Below are positions 37,674-48,016 of a stretch of 64,000 nt of DNA, in pieces. The notes beneath the pieces were generated by a model. That model made no database searches. It was not told the DNA's origin and saw nothing but the letters and a program-made list of their open reading frames with translations. A program made the position numbers and the translations under genes. This stretch comes from Calditrichia bacterium (GTDB lineage Bacteria > Calditrichota > Calditrichia > RBG-13-44-9 > J075): NCBI GenBank assembly GCA_050633245.1, contig JBOEGD010000012.1:64001-128000 (forward strand), given 5' to 3'. Position 1 is the stretch's first letter, and each line of letters starts with the position of its first letter.

Positions 37674-40607
37674 ATGTTGCGCAAGCTACATGCTCTTGTG
37701 CTTTATAGCATCTTTATGTTGTTAATTGGAAGTTTCTCTCTGGCAGCACAAACAAATTATTCTTGGACAAATGGTGGTGGTGATAACGACTGGGCCAACA
37801 ACGAGAACTGGTCTCCCTCAGGTGTCCCTGCAAGTAACGATACCGTTACGATAAGTGCTGGAGACTCTATCGTTGTTAACTCAGACGTTACTATCGATAG
37901 TCTTTCTGTGCAGAGCGGAATATTAAACTGCCTTGCACAGGTTACGGTAAATAGTGGAATGGTTTTTCGCGGAGGCGATCTTCGTGGAGATGATACCCTT
38001 CTTATTACCAGCGGGGCTACTCTGGATTTTATCTCATCGAGCTTTAAGGATCTTTGGGGCTTAACGCTTAGAAATGAAGGAACGGCGACATGGAGCGGTA
38101 GTGGACGTATTTCACTTCGAGACAAGTCGACTATTACCAACGCATCCGGTGCTCTTTTTGACGTCCAGGGTAATTTCTTTATGGACTATGTGCAGCTGGA
38201 TACCGGTGGAAATTTCGAAAATTTCGGTACGCTTCGCAAAAGCTCCGGAACTGGAACGGCAACTATTGATCCCACATTCTACAACACCGGTACCGTTGAC
38301 GTCGAAGACGGTACGCTGCGTTTTGAGCGTGGCGACAGCACCGAGAGCAGCACTGGTGTTTTCAATGCAGATTCCGGCACTACAATTGAGATGGACGAAC
38401 GTATTTTCAGTTTTGACGGTGCCAGCTTTACCGGTAGTGGAACAACAGAGTTCCAGGATGCCGTGTTGACACTTAACGGATCGGGAATGACCATTGCCTC
38501 AGGTGCTACAGTAACAGCTGATGATCAGGATTGTGAGATAGACGGCAGTGGTCCGATAACGGTAAGCGGAACGTTCGATTTATTGGAATGTACGATATCG
38601 GGAAGCGGAGCCTGGACCAATAATGGTACGGTACAGTTCACCACGAGCTCAGCAAAAGTCATTGAAACACGCACACTCACCAATAATGCCACTGTTCTCT
38701 GGAGTGGTAGCGGCGTCATCAATCTGAATAGCGGAGCGAGCATCAACAACACTGGCACTGGTAATTTTAATATTCAGGTCAATAGCCGAATTGATGAAGA
38801 CGTAGAACTGACTGCCGGTTTTACCAACTCCGGAACGATCACAAAAACCGTTGCAACAAGTACAACAAACTTTGAAGTCGCCGTTACAAACACCGGAACG
38901 ATTAACACAAACACTGGTCGTATTTCGTTTGAAGATGGCAGCAGTAATATCGGTGCAACCTTCAACACGGCATCGGGAGCAACTTTCGACTTCAATGGTG
39001 GAACCCAGGTAGTAGATGGTATTACCGTTGCCGGAGCAGGCTCTTTTGAAGTGAGCGGAACGGTATTAACCTTAACCGGGAATATAGGCGTCTCTGCTGG
39101 TGGGGTTTTAGATCTTGTCAATAATGATGTCAATGGAAGTGGCACCATTACCAACAATGGAACGATTAACTGGTTTGGCGATGACCTGCGTGGCGGCGGC
39201 GAAATTATTAACAATAACGTCATGACGGTAGACGGAAGCGGTGTTAAACTGCAGACCAACTTCGATATTACAAATAATGGCACCATCACCTGGACTGGTT
39301 CAGGGGAGTGGCGGATTACCAACACGTCCAGCATTACGATTGGCAGCGAAGGCACACTCGATATTCAGAATGATGAAAATCTCTCCGATCTTGGAACCGG
39401 AACAAACAGTATTATTAATAATGGTACCATTACAAAGACTGCCGGAGCGGCCTCTTCAACACTTGGAGTTGATGTAACAAATAATGGCACTATTTCCTGC
39501 ACTGCAGCAAATCTGGCATTTCAGGAAGATTTTGTAAACGCCAGCACCGGTATTCTCAGCGGCCTGAATTCATTGAGTTTCTCAGGCACAAACAGCTTTA
39601 CGAATAATGGAACAACGAGTCCCGGCACAAATAGTGTTGGCGACTTAAGTTTTATCGGCACTTTTGAACAATCGTCTTCAGCCAACCTCGAAATTACTCT
39701 TGGTGGCATGGTTCCGGCGAGCAACCAGGATCAACTCAGCGTAAACGGCGATATCGATCTGGATGGAGAGTTGGAAATCACGATTCCAGATGGCTACTAT
39801 CCTGCGGTAGCGGATAGTTTTATCGTTCTCACTTTCAACGGTTCACGCACGGGCACGTTCAGTACCTTCACTGCCCCGAGTGTTGGCGGAAGCCCACAGT
39901 TTGAAGTTCTATATCGCTCCACTTATGTTGTAGTCCGTACGCTGATACAAAACGGTACAACTGTGAACCTCACAGCTTTTCTTGAAGGTGCATATCGCAG
40001 TGGTTCAATGACAACGCAACTTCGCGATGATGGTCTTATCCCAACCTCCCAACCGTATTCCGGCAGCCCCTGGAATTACTCTGGTAGTGAAAGCGTTAGC
40101 AGCATTCCGGCAGACGTGGTAGACTGGGTATTACTTGAGCTTCGCACCGGCACAGGTTCGGGCACATTAGCTGGAAGAAGAGCAGCTTTCATTCTCAGCA
40201 ATGGAAGTATTGTAGATACGAGTGGCAGTGGAACAGTCTCCTTTGATGATGTGGGAACGGGAAGTTATTACGTTATAATTTATCACCGAAACCACTTGTC
40301 TGTTATGTCGGCCTCTACTGTGACACTGACGACCAGCAGTAGTAACTACAACTTCAGCACCGCACAGTCTCAGGCATACAGCAACACCGGCGACGGCATG
40401 GTAGACATCACCGGGGGAGTTTTTGGATTATTTGCCGGGGAGACTAACGACTCAGGTATTATTACCAATGCCGATAAATCTGCCGTAATAAGTAACCTGA
40501 ATACTACAGGCTATAAGGTTTCGGACACCAATTTTTCGGGCATTGTTACAAATGCCGACAAAACGCCAATGAACAGCAATCTTAACGCCGCAACGCAGGT
40601 GCCGTAA
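37674..40607 (+). CDS. Secreted beta-helix/passenger-like protein with C-terminal dockerin-like domain
   Basis: Start moved to ATG 37674 (AAGGAG RBS, signal peptide); WSPSGVP N-cap; G/T/N/S-rich repeats; FLEGAY..VDWV..HRNHL domain; duplicated ETNDSGIITNADK/DTNFSGIVTNADK loops. Confidence 0.85.
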   Translation: MLRKLHALVLYSIFMLLIGSFSLAAQTNYSWTNGGGDNDWANNENWSPSGVPASNDTVTISAGDSIVVNSDVTIDSLSVQSGILNCLAQVTVNSGMVFRGGDLRGDDTLLITSGATLDFISSSFKDLWGLTLRNEGTATWSGSGRISLRDKSTITNASGALFDVQGNFFMDYVQLDTGGNFENFGTLRKSSGTGTATIDPTFYNTGTVDVEDGTLRFERGDSTESSTGVFNADSGTTIEMDERIFSFDGASFTGSGTTEFQDAVLTLNGSGMTIASGATVTADDQDCEIDGSGPITVSGTFDLLECTISGSGAWTNNGTVQFTTSSAKVIETRTLTNNATVLWSGSGVINLNSGASINNTGTGNFNIQVNSRIDEDVELTAGFTNSGTITKTVATSTTNFEVAVTNTGTINTNTGRISFEDGSSNIGATFNTASGATFDFNGGTQVVDGITVAGAGSFEVSGTVLTLTGNIGVSAGGVLDLVNNDVNGSGTITNNGTINWFGDDLRGGGEIINNNVMTVDGSGVKLQTNFDITNNGTITWTGSGEWRITNTSSITIGSEGTLDIQNDENLSDLGTGTNSIINNGTITKTAGAASSTLGVDVTNNGTISCTAANLAFQEDFVNASTGILSGLNSLSFSGTNSFTNNGTTSPGTNSVGDLSFIGTFEQSSSANLEITLGGMVPASNQDQLSVNGDIDLDGELEITIPDGYYPAVADSFIVLTFNGSRTGTFSTFTAPSVGGSPQFEVLYRSTYVVVRTLIQNGTTVNLTAFLEGAYRSGSMTTQLRDDGLIPTSQPYSGSPWNYSGSESVSSIPADVVDWVLLELRTGTGSGTLAGRRAAFILSNGSIVDTSGSGTVSFDDVGTGSYYVIIYHRNHLSVMSASTVTLTTSSSNYNFSTAQSQAYSNTGDGMVDITGGVFGLFAGETNDSGIITNADKSAVISNLNTTGYKVSDTNFSGIVTNADKTPMNSNLNAATQVP

Positions 40608-40609
40608 TC

Positions 40610-41461
40610 ATGATTAAAACAAACAACACATTGTTTCGGGCTATTCTTGTGCTGATGCTGGCGCTAGGCAACCTGTTCGCGCAAACCGGCCCTCGGCAGG
40701 CGAACATTATTGCTGTTAACCCGGTGGTAACCGCGATATCCTTTAGTTTTGACGTCGTTCTTTTACCAACGACTGTCTGGGGAAACAATGTCTACGACAA
40801 AGCACTGGGAGACTGTAGCTGGTTTTTTCAGTACAATGATAGTGCTTTAACAAATCCGGAGATAGTTTATACCGCTCCAGAGGTAGACACAGCATTCGGC
40901 TATACCAACAGCATTGCAATAATCGCAAATCGCCTGGGTTTAACCACCGATGTTTCTCTCGGCACCTTTAGCGGCACCGAGCTGCTTCAGGGACAGCGCT
41001 ATCACTTATTCACCATTCGCATGGACATTATTGATCCGTCGCGAAATTCCGGCATAATGTGGGATACTCTTAATACCGGTCTCTTAACCGTAATAGACAA
41101 TATCGTTCAAACAACGGCATCCTCAGACACAGATGTACCGCTCTCGCTAACGGCTATTGGTGATAATCTTGCAGAAGTACCTGAAAAGTTCAGGCTGTTC
41201 CAAAACTATCCGAATCCATTCAACCCGGAAACAACGATACGCTTTGAAATGCCTATTGCATCACGCGTAAAAGTGACGGTATTCGATATTTTAGGTCGAC
41301 ACATTCGACAGATATCCAATGATCAGCTTCAGGCGGGCTCCCATCTATTTAAATGGGATGGTCGCAACGATTCCGGTGAATCGGTCGGCTCGGGTCTTTA
41401 CCTTCTTGTTACGGAAACAGAGACCGCGAAAACCACATTAAAAATGACGCTTTTAAAATAA
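40610..41461 (+). CDS. Secreted cohesin-like domain + FlgD-Ig/T9SS-type CTD protein
   Basis: FSFDVVL...LGDCSWFFQYNDSAL...LFTIRM beta-sandwich pattern; NYPNPFNPET...WDGRNDSG. Confidence 0.75.
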   Translation: MIKTNNTLFRAILVLMLALGNLFAQTGPRQANIIAVNPVVTAISFSFDVVLLPTTVWGNNVYDKALGDCSWFFQYNDSALTNPEIVYTAPEVDTAFGYTNSIAIIANRLGLTTDVSLGTFSGTELLQGQRYHLFTIRMDIIDPSRNSGIMWDTLNTGLLTVIDNIVQTTASSDTDVPLSLTAIGDNLAEVPEKFRLFQNYPNPFNPETTIRFEMPIASRVKVTVFDILGRHIRQISNDQLQAGSHLFKWDGRNDSGESVGSGLYLLVTETETAKTTLKMTLLK

Positions 41462-41501
41462 CAACGACATCATTTACTACGGATGTAAGAAGGAATTTGG
41501 A

Positions 41502-42641
41502 ATGAAATCAATCAGAGAGAATTGCATACGGATAACGTTTTTTCTGTTTTTGCTGGTGCCCGGCTTTACGTTCGCACAAACAGCGAACATCAGCATCCAG
41601 AATGCTCAACAATCCAGTGGCGTTTTCACATTTGAAATTCATATTGAACCAACAAACAATTGGGGTAGCGGCACATTCGACAAGCGTTTAGGCGACTGTA
41701 GTTGGGCCTTCACGTTTAATACCAGCGCCATAAACAGCCCGTCGTTAACAGTGGTAGGCAGTTCGGTCGATCCGGGTGATGGCTACACCAATTCCGTACA
41801 AATTTTAGGGTCCCGCCTGATTGTAACAACGGAGTTCGACATTGGAGATGGTAGTGGGGTGGATATTAATCAGAGCACCGAATACCATCTTTACACTGTT
41901 GCTCTGAACATTATTGCCGATCCCGCCGATTCAGAAGTTCAGTGGGACCAGATCAATACCGGAGTCTTTAATATTCCTGATGATGGTATCATAGTGGGCT
42001 ATTCCGGTGATGGCGATATTCCCCTGCCTGTTTCATTATCTGCTTTTAGCGCGACCGCGGTAGATGGAAATATCAATCTGGCGTGGACAACGCAAAGCGA
42101 ATTGAATAATGCGGGATTCGAACTCTACAGGTCACTACAGCAAGAAGGCAACTATCAGATTATCAGCTCTTACCTGTCTAACAGCGACCTGATTGGCGCT
42201 GGCACATCGAATATTACTCGTGAATACGAATTCACAGACAGTAATGTTGATGTTGGTCTGACCTATTATTATCGTCTTGCCGATGTGGATCTCAGTGGAA
42301 TACGCACCTTTCATGAACCAATATCCGGAAGCGTTAGTGAAGCCGATATCGTTCCGGAACGCTTTATTGTTCATCAGAACTATCCAAATCCGTTTAACCC
42401 GGAAACCCAGATTGTGTTTGAACTGCCAGAGCGGGAGAACTCCAGAGTAAATGCCGTAGTCTATGATATGCTCGGACGCAGTGTTCGCACCTTGTTCTCA
42501 GGCAGACTTGAAGCCGGGGTTCACCGGCTGATCTGGAATGGCCGTGACAATAATGAGCAGTCACTTGCTTCCGGAACGTATATTCTGCAGCTGCAAACGG
42601 CATCCAATACGCGCTCAGTAAAAATGTTACTCCTCAAGTAA
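41502..42641 (+). CDS. Paralogous cohesin-like + Ig linker + FlgD-Ig/T9SS-type CTD protein
   Basis: DKRLGDCSWAF...GYTNS...YHLYTV...WDQINTG shared with 40610; PLPVSLSAF...WTTQSELNNAGF; NYPNPFNP. Confidence 0.78.
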   Translation: MKSIRENCIRITFFLFLLVPGFTFAQTANISIQNAQQSSGVFTFEIHIEPTNNWGSGTFDKRLGDCSWAFTFNTSAINSPSLTVVGSSVDPGDGYTNSVQILGSRLIVTTEFDIGDGSGVDINQSTEYHLYTVALNIIADPADSEVQWDQINTGVFNIPDDGIIVGYSGDGDIPLPVSLSAFSATAVDGNINLAWTTQSELNNAGFELYRSLQQEGNYQIISSYLSNSDLIGAGTSNITREYEFTDSNVDVGLTYYYRLADVDLSGIRTFHEPISGSVSEADIVPERFIVHQNYPNPFNPETQIVFELPERENSRVNAVVYDMLGRSVRTLFSGRLEAGVHRLIWNGRDNNEQSLASGTYILQLQTASNTRSVKMLLLK

Positions 42642-42656
42642 GTTTAAGAAGTCTAC

Positions 42657-42683
42657 TCGCAGATTGCCCTGGGCAATCTGCGA
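42657..42683. terminator. Strong hairpin after the cohesin-like genes
   Basis: TCGCAGATTGCCC-T-GGGCAATCTGCGA. Confidence 0.6.
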
Positions 42684-42808
42684 ATCCTGCATTCTGATCT
42701 ATTAATTACCTAGACATAACGTTGCAAACCTCAAGACGCAGTAATCTGCTTTCGATAATAATTATTGTCCCATGGAATGGGAATGAGGTTTAACAAGAAG
42801 GGATTCTT

Positions 42809-45800
42809 ATGAAAACTCCTCTTGTAGCCCCAATTGGGCTACTTATTGCTATATTATTTTCTTTTTCTTCACTACAGGCACAAACAACCTATGTCTGGTC
42901 CTCTTCTAATGGCGATTATTCCGCACCTCAAAACTGGTCGCCAAATGGCGTGCCCGGATCGGCTGATACGGTAATGCTCGCCTCTGGCTTCCTGACGTTG
43001 GACATGTCCACAAGCATCAGCAAACTTGAAATGACGGGCGGTATACTTCAGGGAGCCAAATCCCTGACCATATCCGAAACTGCGATTTGGAGCGATGGTG
43101 ACATTACAATTAGCGATACGCTTCTGATAGACTCAACTGCCACCATGTTAATCAGTGGTTCTAACAAGGACTTAAACGGCACAACCTTGCTAAACTTCGG
43201 AAATGTTATCTGGGCTGAAGATGGACGAATCTCTCTGAAGAACCATGCGGAAATAGTGAATCATAACAGCCTGGAGATTACCGGTAATGCGTTAATTGAT
43301 TATGTCTTACCGGATAGTGGCGGCACTTTTACAAACTTTGGCAACATATTAAAAACAAGCAACGGACTAAGCACAATAGACGGCAGGTTTTCTCAAAACG
43401 GGAGCATTGACGTTCAGGCAGGCACGCTGAGATTTGAGCGTGGAAGTAATTCTACTATCAAGGGCACAATACAGATTCAGCCGATGGCGGAAGTTCAATT
43501 CGATGAACGCACCTTCCTGATTGACTCATTATACATATCCGGTGGCGGTCTATGCATTATCGAAGATGCAACGTTCCAGCTGTTAAATAAAGGGCTGACC
43601 GTCGAACAAGATGGACATATCGTATTTGAGCGCGACGATTTTCTAATTGAAGGCAGTGGACCACTAACAATCGACGGATTTGCTGAGTGGCGACGCGGCA
43701 CGATCTCCGGAAGCGGTGGCATCAGTCTAAACGGCACGCTTACCATGAATGGTGCTGCAGTTACGCTATCAGGACAAACGTTAAACAACAACGGTCTGCT
43801 GGGTTGGGAGAGTACCGGTGCTCTCTTAATTGCGGATAGCGCAATTGTTAACAATCTAGCCAGCGGTGTTTTTGAAATTCAGAACAATGAAAATATCAGA
43901 CCGTCAGTAAATGGAGACGGAGCTTTCAACAACTATGGCTTGCTCAATAAAAGCTCTGGTGGAGGCGTAACAATCTTCGAGCTGCCGTTTAATAATTATG
44001 GCAGCATGACTACAATACAGGACGGAAGTATTATCGCTGAGTTCGGCGGAGAACATATAAATAGCACGCTTACGACCGGGAGTAGTGCCGCGTTCTCCTT
44101 TGACTCTAAGACTAATGTTATCAGCAATGTGATAATGGATGGCGATGGGATCGTCTACATTAATGGCGCTACGCTTGACGTGCAATCCGGTGGATTAATT
44201 GTTGGACCAACCGCGACACTCGAGCTGGACGCAGGAATTCTATCTCTTTCCTCCAAAGTTATAATAGACGGGGAGTTCCGATGGCTAAAAGGCGTTGTTC
44301 GTGGTCAGGATACGCTACAGGTTTCATCTACGCTCACGCTAATCGAGGATCCGGCAAAAGATCTTAGCGAAACGGTAATTCACAATCTCGGCACTATCAA
44401 CTGGATTGGCAGAGGTGATTTAAAGTTGCGCGATCAGGCTGGAATAATAAATTCTGCGGGTGCCACAATTGACTTCCAAAGCAATGCCTTGCTAGACTTT
44501 GTTCTTGTAGACAATGGCGGCTGGCTTATCAATGATGGGCTGTTGGTAAAAAGCACTGGTAATGGAGAGACAAATATCGATGCGGTTTTCACCAATAGAG
44601 GTCGGTTGGACGTGCAAACGGGCAAGGTGCGAATTGAAAGAGGAAGCGACAACATCAGCAGCGGTATTTTTAACGTTGCCGAAAATACAGTTCTCGAAAT
44701 CTCAGAGCGACGCTTTATTGCGGATGACCTCACATTCACAGGTGCCGGACATGTTCACATGGTAGATGATGTTGTAATCGAAGTGCGCAATAGCGGTATT
44801 AAAAGCGACACCGGAGTGGTGCTCAGGCTTGATGATTCACAAGCTCAAATAGAAGGCGATGCACCTGTAACTATAGATGGAGAATTTGAATGGTTTAGCG
44901 GATCCATTGCAATAACCGATACAATTTGGCTGAATGGAATCGCTCGTTTTGATGACCTCCGATTGAAAATTCTTCGCGATGCGTTTATGTCAATTTCCGG
45001 AGAAGCAACTTGGTACGGTGATGGTGACATTCGCGTGCTTAACGGTTCCATTATTCAGGTAGAATCAAGCGGTCGCTTCAATCTGCAAAATAGCGGCGTC
45101 ATGGAATACGGGTTTTCTAATGCCGGAGGACTTATCAACTTTGGTGTGATATCGAAAGAACCGGATAGCTCTTTCGCTTCTATTGATGTGGAGCTGCAAA
45201 ATTTTGGTATCCTTCAGCTCAATGAAGACACGCTTCGCTGCACAGATGAATTAATAATTGCCCCCGGAGCCAGCATTACTGGTAACGGCACACTAGATGT
45301 GCTACTGGGAACATTTGAACATCAAGGCAATACGAATCCGGGCTACAACTCCAAAGATACGCTGGGTTTTGTTGGACGCTATCAGCCACTCACCGATGCG
45401 GTTCTAACCATCGAGCTAGGCGACAGTTCGGCTGATAAGCTGAAAATAACCGGTATCGCTCCACTAAACGGAATTCTTAATGTGCAGCTTGCCGACGGCT
45501 TCATTCCCGCAATTGGAGATACCTTTGAAATCATGTCTGCGAATCAAATTTACGGCAGCTTTACAACGACCAATCTTCCTTCCCTTGGAGCAATTCCGAT
45601 CTTTGAGCTGAGTTATGAACCCACGCGGATCTTACTTGTTTGCATAAACAACTCCAAGGTCGCTGTTAATTTAAATATCGCACTTCAGGGAGCCTGGACA
45701 AGTGCCGACAGCATGCACCAGGAATTAAATAGGCAGAACCTGCTTCCTACAACTCAGCCATATAACCGAACACCGTGGTTCTATGAGGGGTCGGAAGCGA

Positions 45801-46324
45801 ATGATAGCCTGCCGTCAAATATAGTTGACTGGGTTCTTGTCGAGATACAAAATCAGTCGTTTCAGACAACTGCGCGAAAAGCGGCCTTACTTAAAACAGA
45901 CGGAAGTATTGTTGAAGCAGATGGCAGCAGTAATTTGTGTATTAGTCAGGAAGAGGATTCTCTTTATGTAATTGTGCATCATCGACATCACCTTCCGATA
46001 ATGACGGCAACCCCCATAATGTTAACAGCGACAGCAACAGCGTTCGATTTCACCTCAGATCAGACTCAGGCATTTGGAACAGAGCCAATGATCGAAGTAT
46101 CTCCTGGCGTCTTTGCACTTCCCGGTGGCAATGGTTCCCCGGATGGCTCTATTGACCTTGACGATATCAACATAATCTGGTCTTCCCAGGCAGGAACGCG
46201 AGGCTATATATTCGGCGACTTCAATATGAACGGTGAAGTACAGAATGACGACAAAAATCTATTGTGGAAAAAATCCCGCGGAAAAACGTCCCAAATCCCA
46301 TCCACTGTCCAGGCTAAACGCTAA
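42809..46324 (+). CDS. Paralogous secreted beta-helix protein with C-terminal dockerin-like domain
   Basis: Signal peptide; NWSPNGVP; GTLRFERG shared with 37674; LQGAW..VDWV..HRHHL; NGSPDGSIDLDD/DFNMNGEVQNDD loops. Confidence 0.87.
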   Translation: MKTPLVAPIGLLIAILFSFSSLQAQTTYVWSSSNGDYSAPQNWSPNGVPGSADTVMLASGFLTLDMSTSISKLEMTGGILQGAKSLTISETAIWSDGDITISDTLLIDSTATMLISGSNKDLNGTTLLNFGNVIWAEDGRISLKNHAEIVNHNSLEITGNALIDYVLPDSGGTFTNFGNILKTSNGLSTIDGRFSQNGSIDVQAGTLRFERGSNSTIKGTIQIQPMAEVQFDERTFLIDSLYISGGGLCIIEDATFQLLNKGLTVEQDGHIVFERDDFLIEGSGPLTIDGFAEWRRGTISGSGGISLNGTLTMNGAAVTLSGQTLNNNGLLGWESTGALLIADSAIVNNLASGVFEIQNNENIRPSVNGDGAFNNYGLLNKSSGGGVTIFELPFNNYGSMTTIQDGSIIAEFGGEHINSTLTTGSSAAFSFDSKTNVISNVIMDGDGIVYINGATLDVQSGGLIVGPTATLELDAGILSLSSKVIIDGEFRWLKGVVRGQDTLQVSSTLTLIEDPAKDLSETVIHNLGTINWIGRGDLKLRDQAGIINSAGATIDFQSNALLDFVLVDNGGWLINDGLLVKSTGNGETNIDAVFTNRGRLDVQTGKVRIERGSDNISSGIFNVAENTVLEISERRFIADDLTFTGAGHVHMVDDVVIEVRNSGIKSDTGVVLRLDDSQAQIEGDAPVTIDGEFEWFSGSIAITDTIWLNGIARFDDLRLKILRDAFMSISGEATWYGDGDIRVLNGSIIQVESSGRFNLQNSGVMEYGFSNAGGLINFGVISKEPDSSFASIDVELQNFGILQLNEDTLRCTDELIIAPGASITGNGTLDVLLGTFEHQGNTNPGYNSKDTLGFVGRYQPLTDAVLTIELGDSSADKLKITGIAPLNGILNVQLADGFIPAIGDTFEIMSANQIYGSFTTTNLPSLGAIPIFELSYEPTRILLVCINNSKVAVNLNIALQGAWTSADSMHQELNRQNLLPTTQPYNRTPWFYEGSEANDSLPSNIVDWVLVEIQNQSFQTTARKAALLKTDGSIVEADGSSNLCISQEEDSLYVIVHHRHHLPIMTATPIMLTATATAFDFTSDQTQAFGTEPMIEVSPGVFALPGGNGSPDGSIDLDDINIIWSSQAGTRGYIFGDFNMNGEVQNDDKNLLWKKSRGKTSQIPSTVQAKR

Positions 46325-46331
46325 CAAATAA

Positions 46332-46374
46332 ACTCCCCTGCCCTATCTGGCTCAGGGGAGTAAATATTTTTTTC
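46332..46374 (+). terminator. Intrinsic terminator-like hairpin
   Basis: ACTCCCCTG...CAGGGGAGT followed by an AT/T-run. Confidence 0.55.
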
Positions 46375-46446
46375 GTTTTCTATTCCCCTCTGCCTCGCTA
46401 TAATAGGGCGCATCAATTGACTAGCCGCTTAACGCCCGGGTTTGAA

Positions 46447-47724
46447 ATGGCCATCCTGTTCTTAATTTTCTATAACATCATTGTGCTGCCGCTTCTCGCT
46501 CTCGCGGCTCACGTTGCCGCCATGTTTAGCAAAAAGATACGCAGAGGTGTTCTCGGTCGCTATCAATCGCTTCGTAAAATAAGAGCATTCAGGCAATTAT
46601 TTCCCTCAGACACAAAAATGTTTCTCGTTCACTGCGCCTCGATGGGGGAATTTGAGCACACCAGACCGGTCTTACAAAAGCTGAAAGAAGCCTTTCCCGA
46701 AAGTAAAACGATCGTCATGTTCTTTTCTCCTTCCGGCTATGAGAATCGACAGGAAACACCAGGCGTCGACCTGTTCATCTACACACCTTTCGACTGGGCG
46801 TTCACTATGCGTCGCCTCTTCCGCGCAGTTAACCCCGCCGCACTTCTCATAGCACGCTACGATGTGTGGCCCGGTCAGGTTATACAGGCACAATTCTCTG
46901 GCATACCGGCTATTCTCGTCAACGCATCGATCTACAAGAAATCCAGTCGCCTGACACCCTGGTTGCTGGGAATACAGCGATTAATCTATCGCCATTTAAG
47001 CGCCGTTCTTGCAATCTCAACAGAGGATGGACAGCGCTTTGCGCTTCTTATTAGCGCAGAGAAAATCAGCGTTACCGGCGATACGAAGTACGAACAAGTG
47101 TTGGCAAGAAGAGATGAAATTACAAAAGACCCGCTGGTTCCCGAAAAAGTAAGTGCTAATAAAGTAGTCTTCGTAGCAGGAAGCAGCTGGTCGGAAGGAG
47201 AAGCTCACTTCATTCCGGCATTGAAGGCACATGCTGGTAATAAGTTTCTGACCCTGATTTGTCCTCATGAACCCACGGAAGAACACCTTTTCCACTTACA
47301 GCAACAGCTTAGTCCGCTGAAGAGCATTCGCCTCTCAGAAATAGACTCCTATTACGATGAACAGATCATATTGATTGATCGGATTGGTATTTTAGCCAAT
47401 CTGTACAAATTGGCAGACTTCGCCTATGTAGGGGGAGGCTTTAAGCAAAATGTTCATAATGTATTGGAACCGGCGGCATATGCTATTCCGGTTCTGTTTG
47501 GTCCCAACAATGAAAATTCGCGAGAAGCTCAGCTACTTAAAGCGTCCGGCGGTGGAATAGAAGTATTGGGTCAGACTGCATTCGATAAAGCGTTTGAAAT
47601 TCTTATTGGGAATAAAGAAGTGCGGGTTGAGAAAGGGATTGCAGCATTCAGCATAATCGAAAAGAACCTGGGTGCATCGGGTAATACCATAAATGCTATT
47701 CAGCTGCGACTTAAAGAGAACTAA
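46447..47724 (+). CDS. waaA: Kdo transferase (GT30)
   Basis: HCASMGE, FFSPSGYE, TGDTKYE, VAGSSW, PHEP, YVGGGF..VHNVLEPA; start set to ATG 46447 (TTG 46417 possible). Confidence 0.92.
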   Translation: MAILFLIFYNIIVLPLLALAAHVAAMFSKKIRRGVLGRYQSLRKIRAFRQLFPSDTKMFLVHCASMGEFEHTRPVLQKLKEAFPESKTIVMFFSPSGYENRQETPGVDLFIYTPFDWAFTMRRLFRAVNPAALLIARYDVWPGQVIQAQFSGIPAILVNASIYKKSSRLTPWLLGIQRLIYRHLSAVLAISTEDGQRFALLISAEKISVTGDTKYEQVLARRDEITKDPLVPEKVSANKVVFVAGSSWSEGEAHFIPALKAHAGNKFLTLICPHEPTEEHLFHLQQQLSPLKSIRLSEIDSYYDEQIILIDRIGILANLYKLADFAYVGGGFKQNVHNVLEPAAYAIPVLFGPNNENSREAQLLKASGGGIEVLGQTAFDKAFEILIGNKEVRVEKGIAAFSIIEKNLGASGNTINAIQLRLKEN

Positions 47725-47755
47725 CCGTTTTTATGCGCACTTTACCCAACATTAT

Positions 47756-47876
47756 TGTAGAACGTCGCCCTGCAGAAAAACAATTTTCTGCAGGGCATTG
47801 CATACGTTCCTGTAGCAAAATTGCGATGGATCGACCAACAGGGGGCAAGGATCGTTTCACCAAACAATTTGCTACA
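47756..47876. repeat. Cluster of long hairpins between convergent genes
   Basis: GCCCTGCAGAAAA/TTTTCTGCAGGGC (47767-47796) and TGTAGCAAAATTG...CAATTTGCTACA (47811-47876). Confidence 0.5.
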
Positions 47877-48016
47877 TCGGGCAAGAGCAGGGGCGCTCTT
47901 TTAGCTACATAAATGTAATCAGAGAACAAATAAGACTCAATCAGGCAATCCCTGATTTTTTTGTCATATTAAATCGACAGCGTGACTAAACGCTTCCAGT
48001 CGGCTTTTTATCCAGG

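Noticed and set aside
38279-39724. Several antisense ORFs (e.g. 38774..39355)
   Set aside because: Shadows of repetitive Gly/Thr/Asn codons on the coding strand
37674-46324. Classical autotransporters
   Set aside because: Passenger-like repeats are present but there is no C-terminal beta-barrel; the tails are dockerin-like
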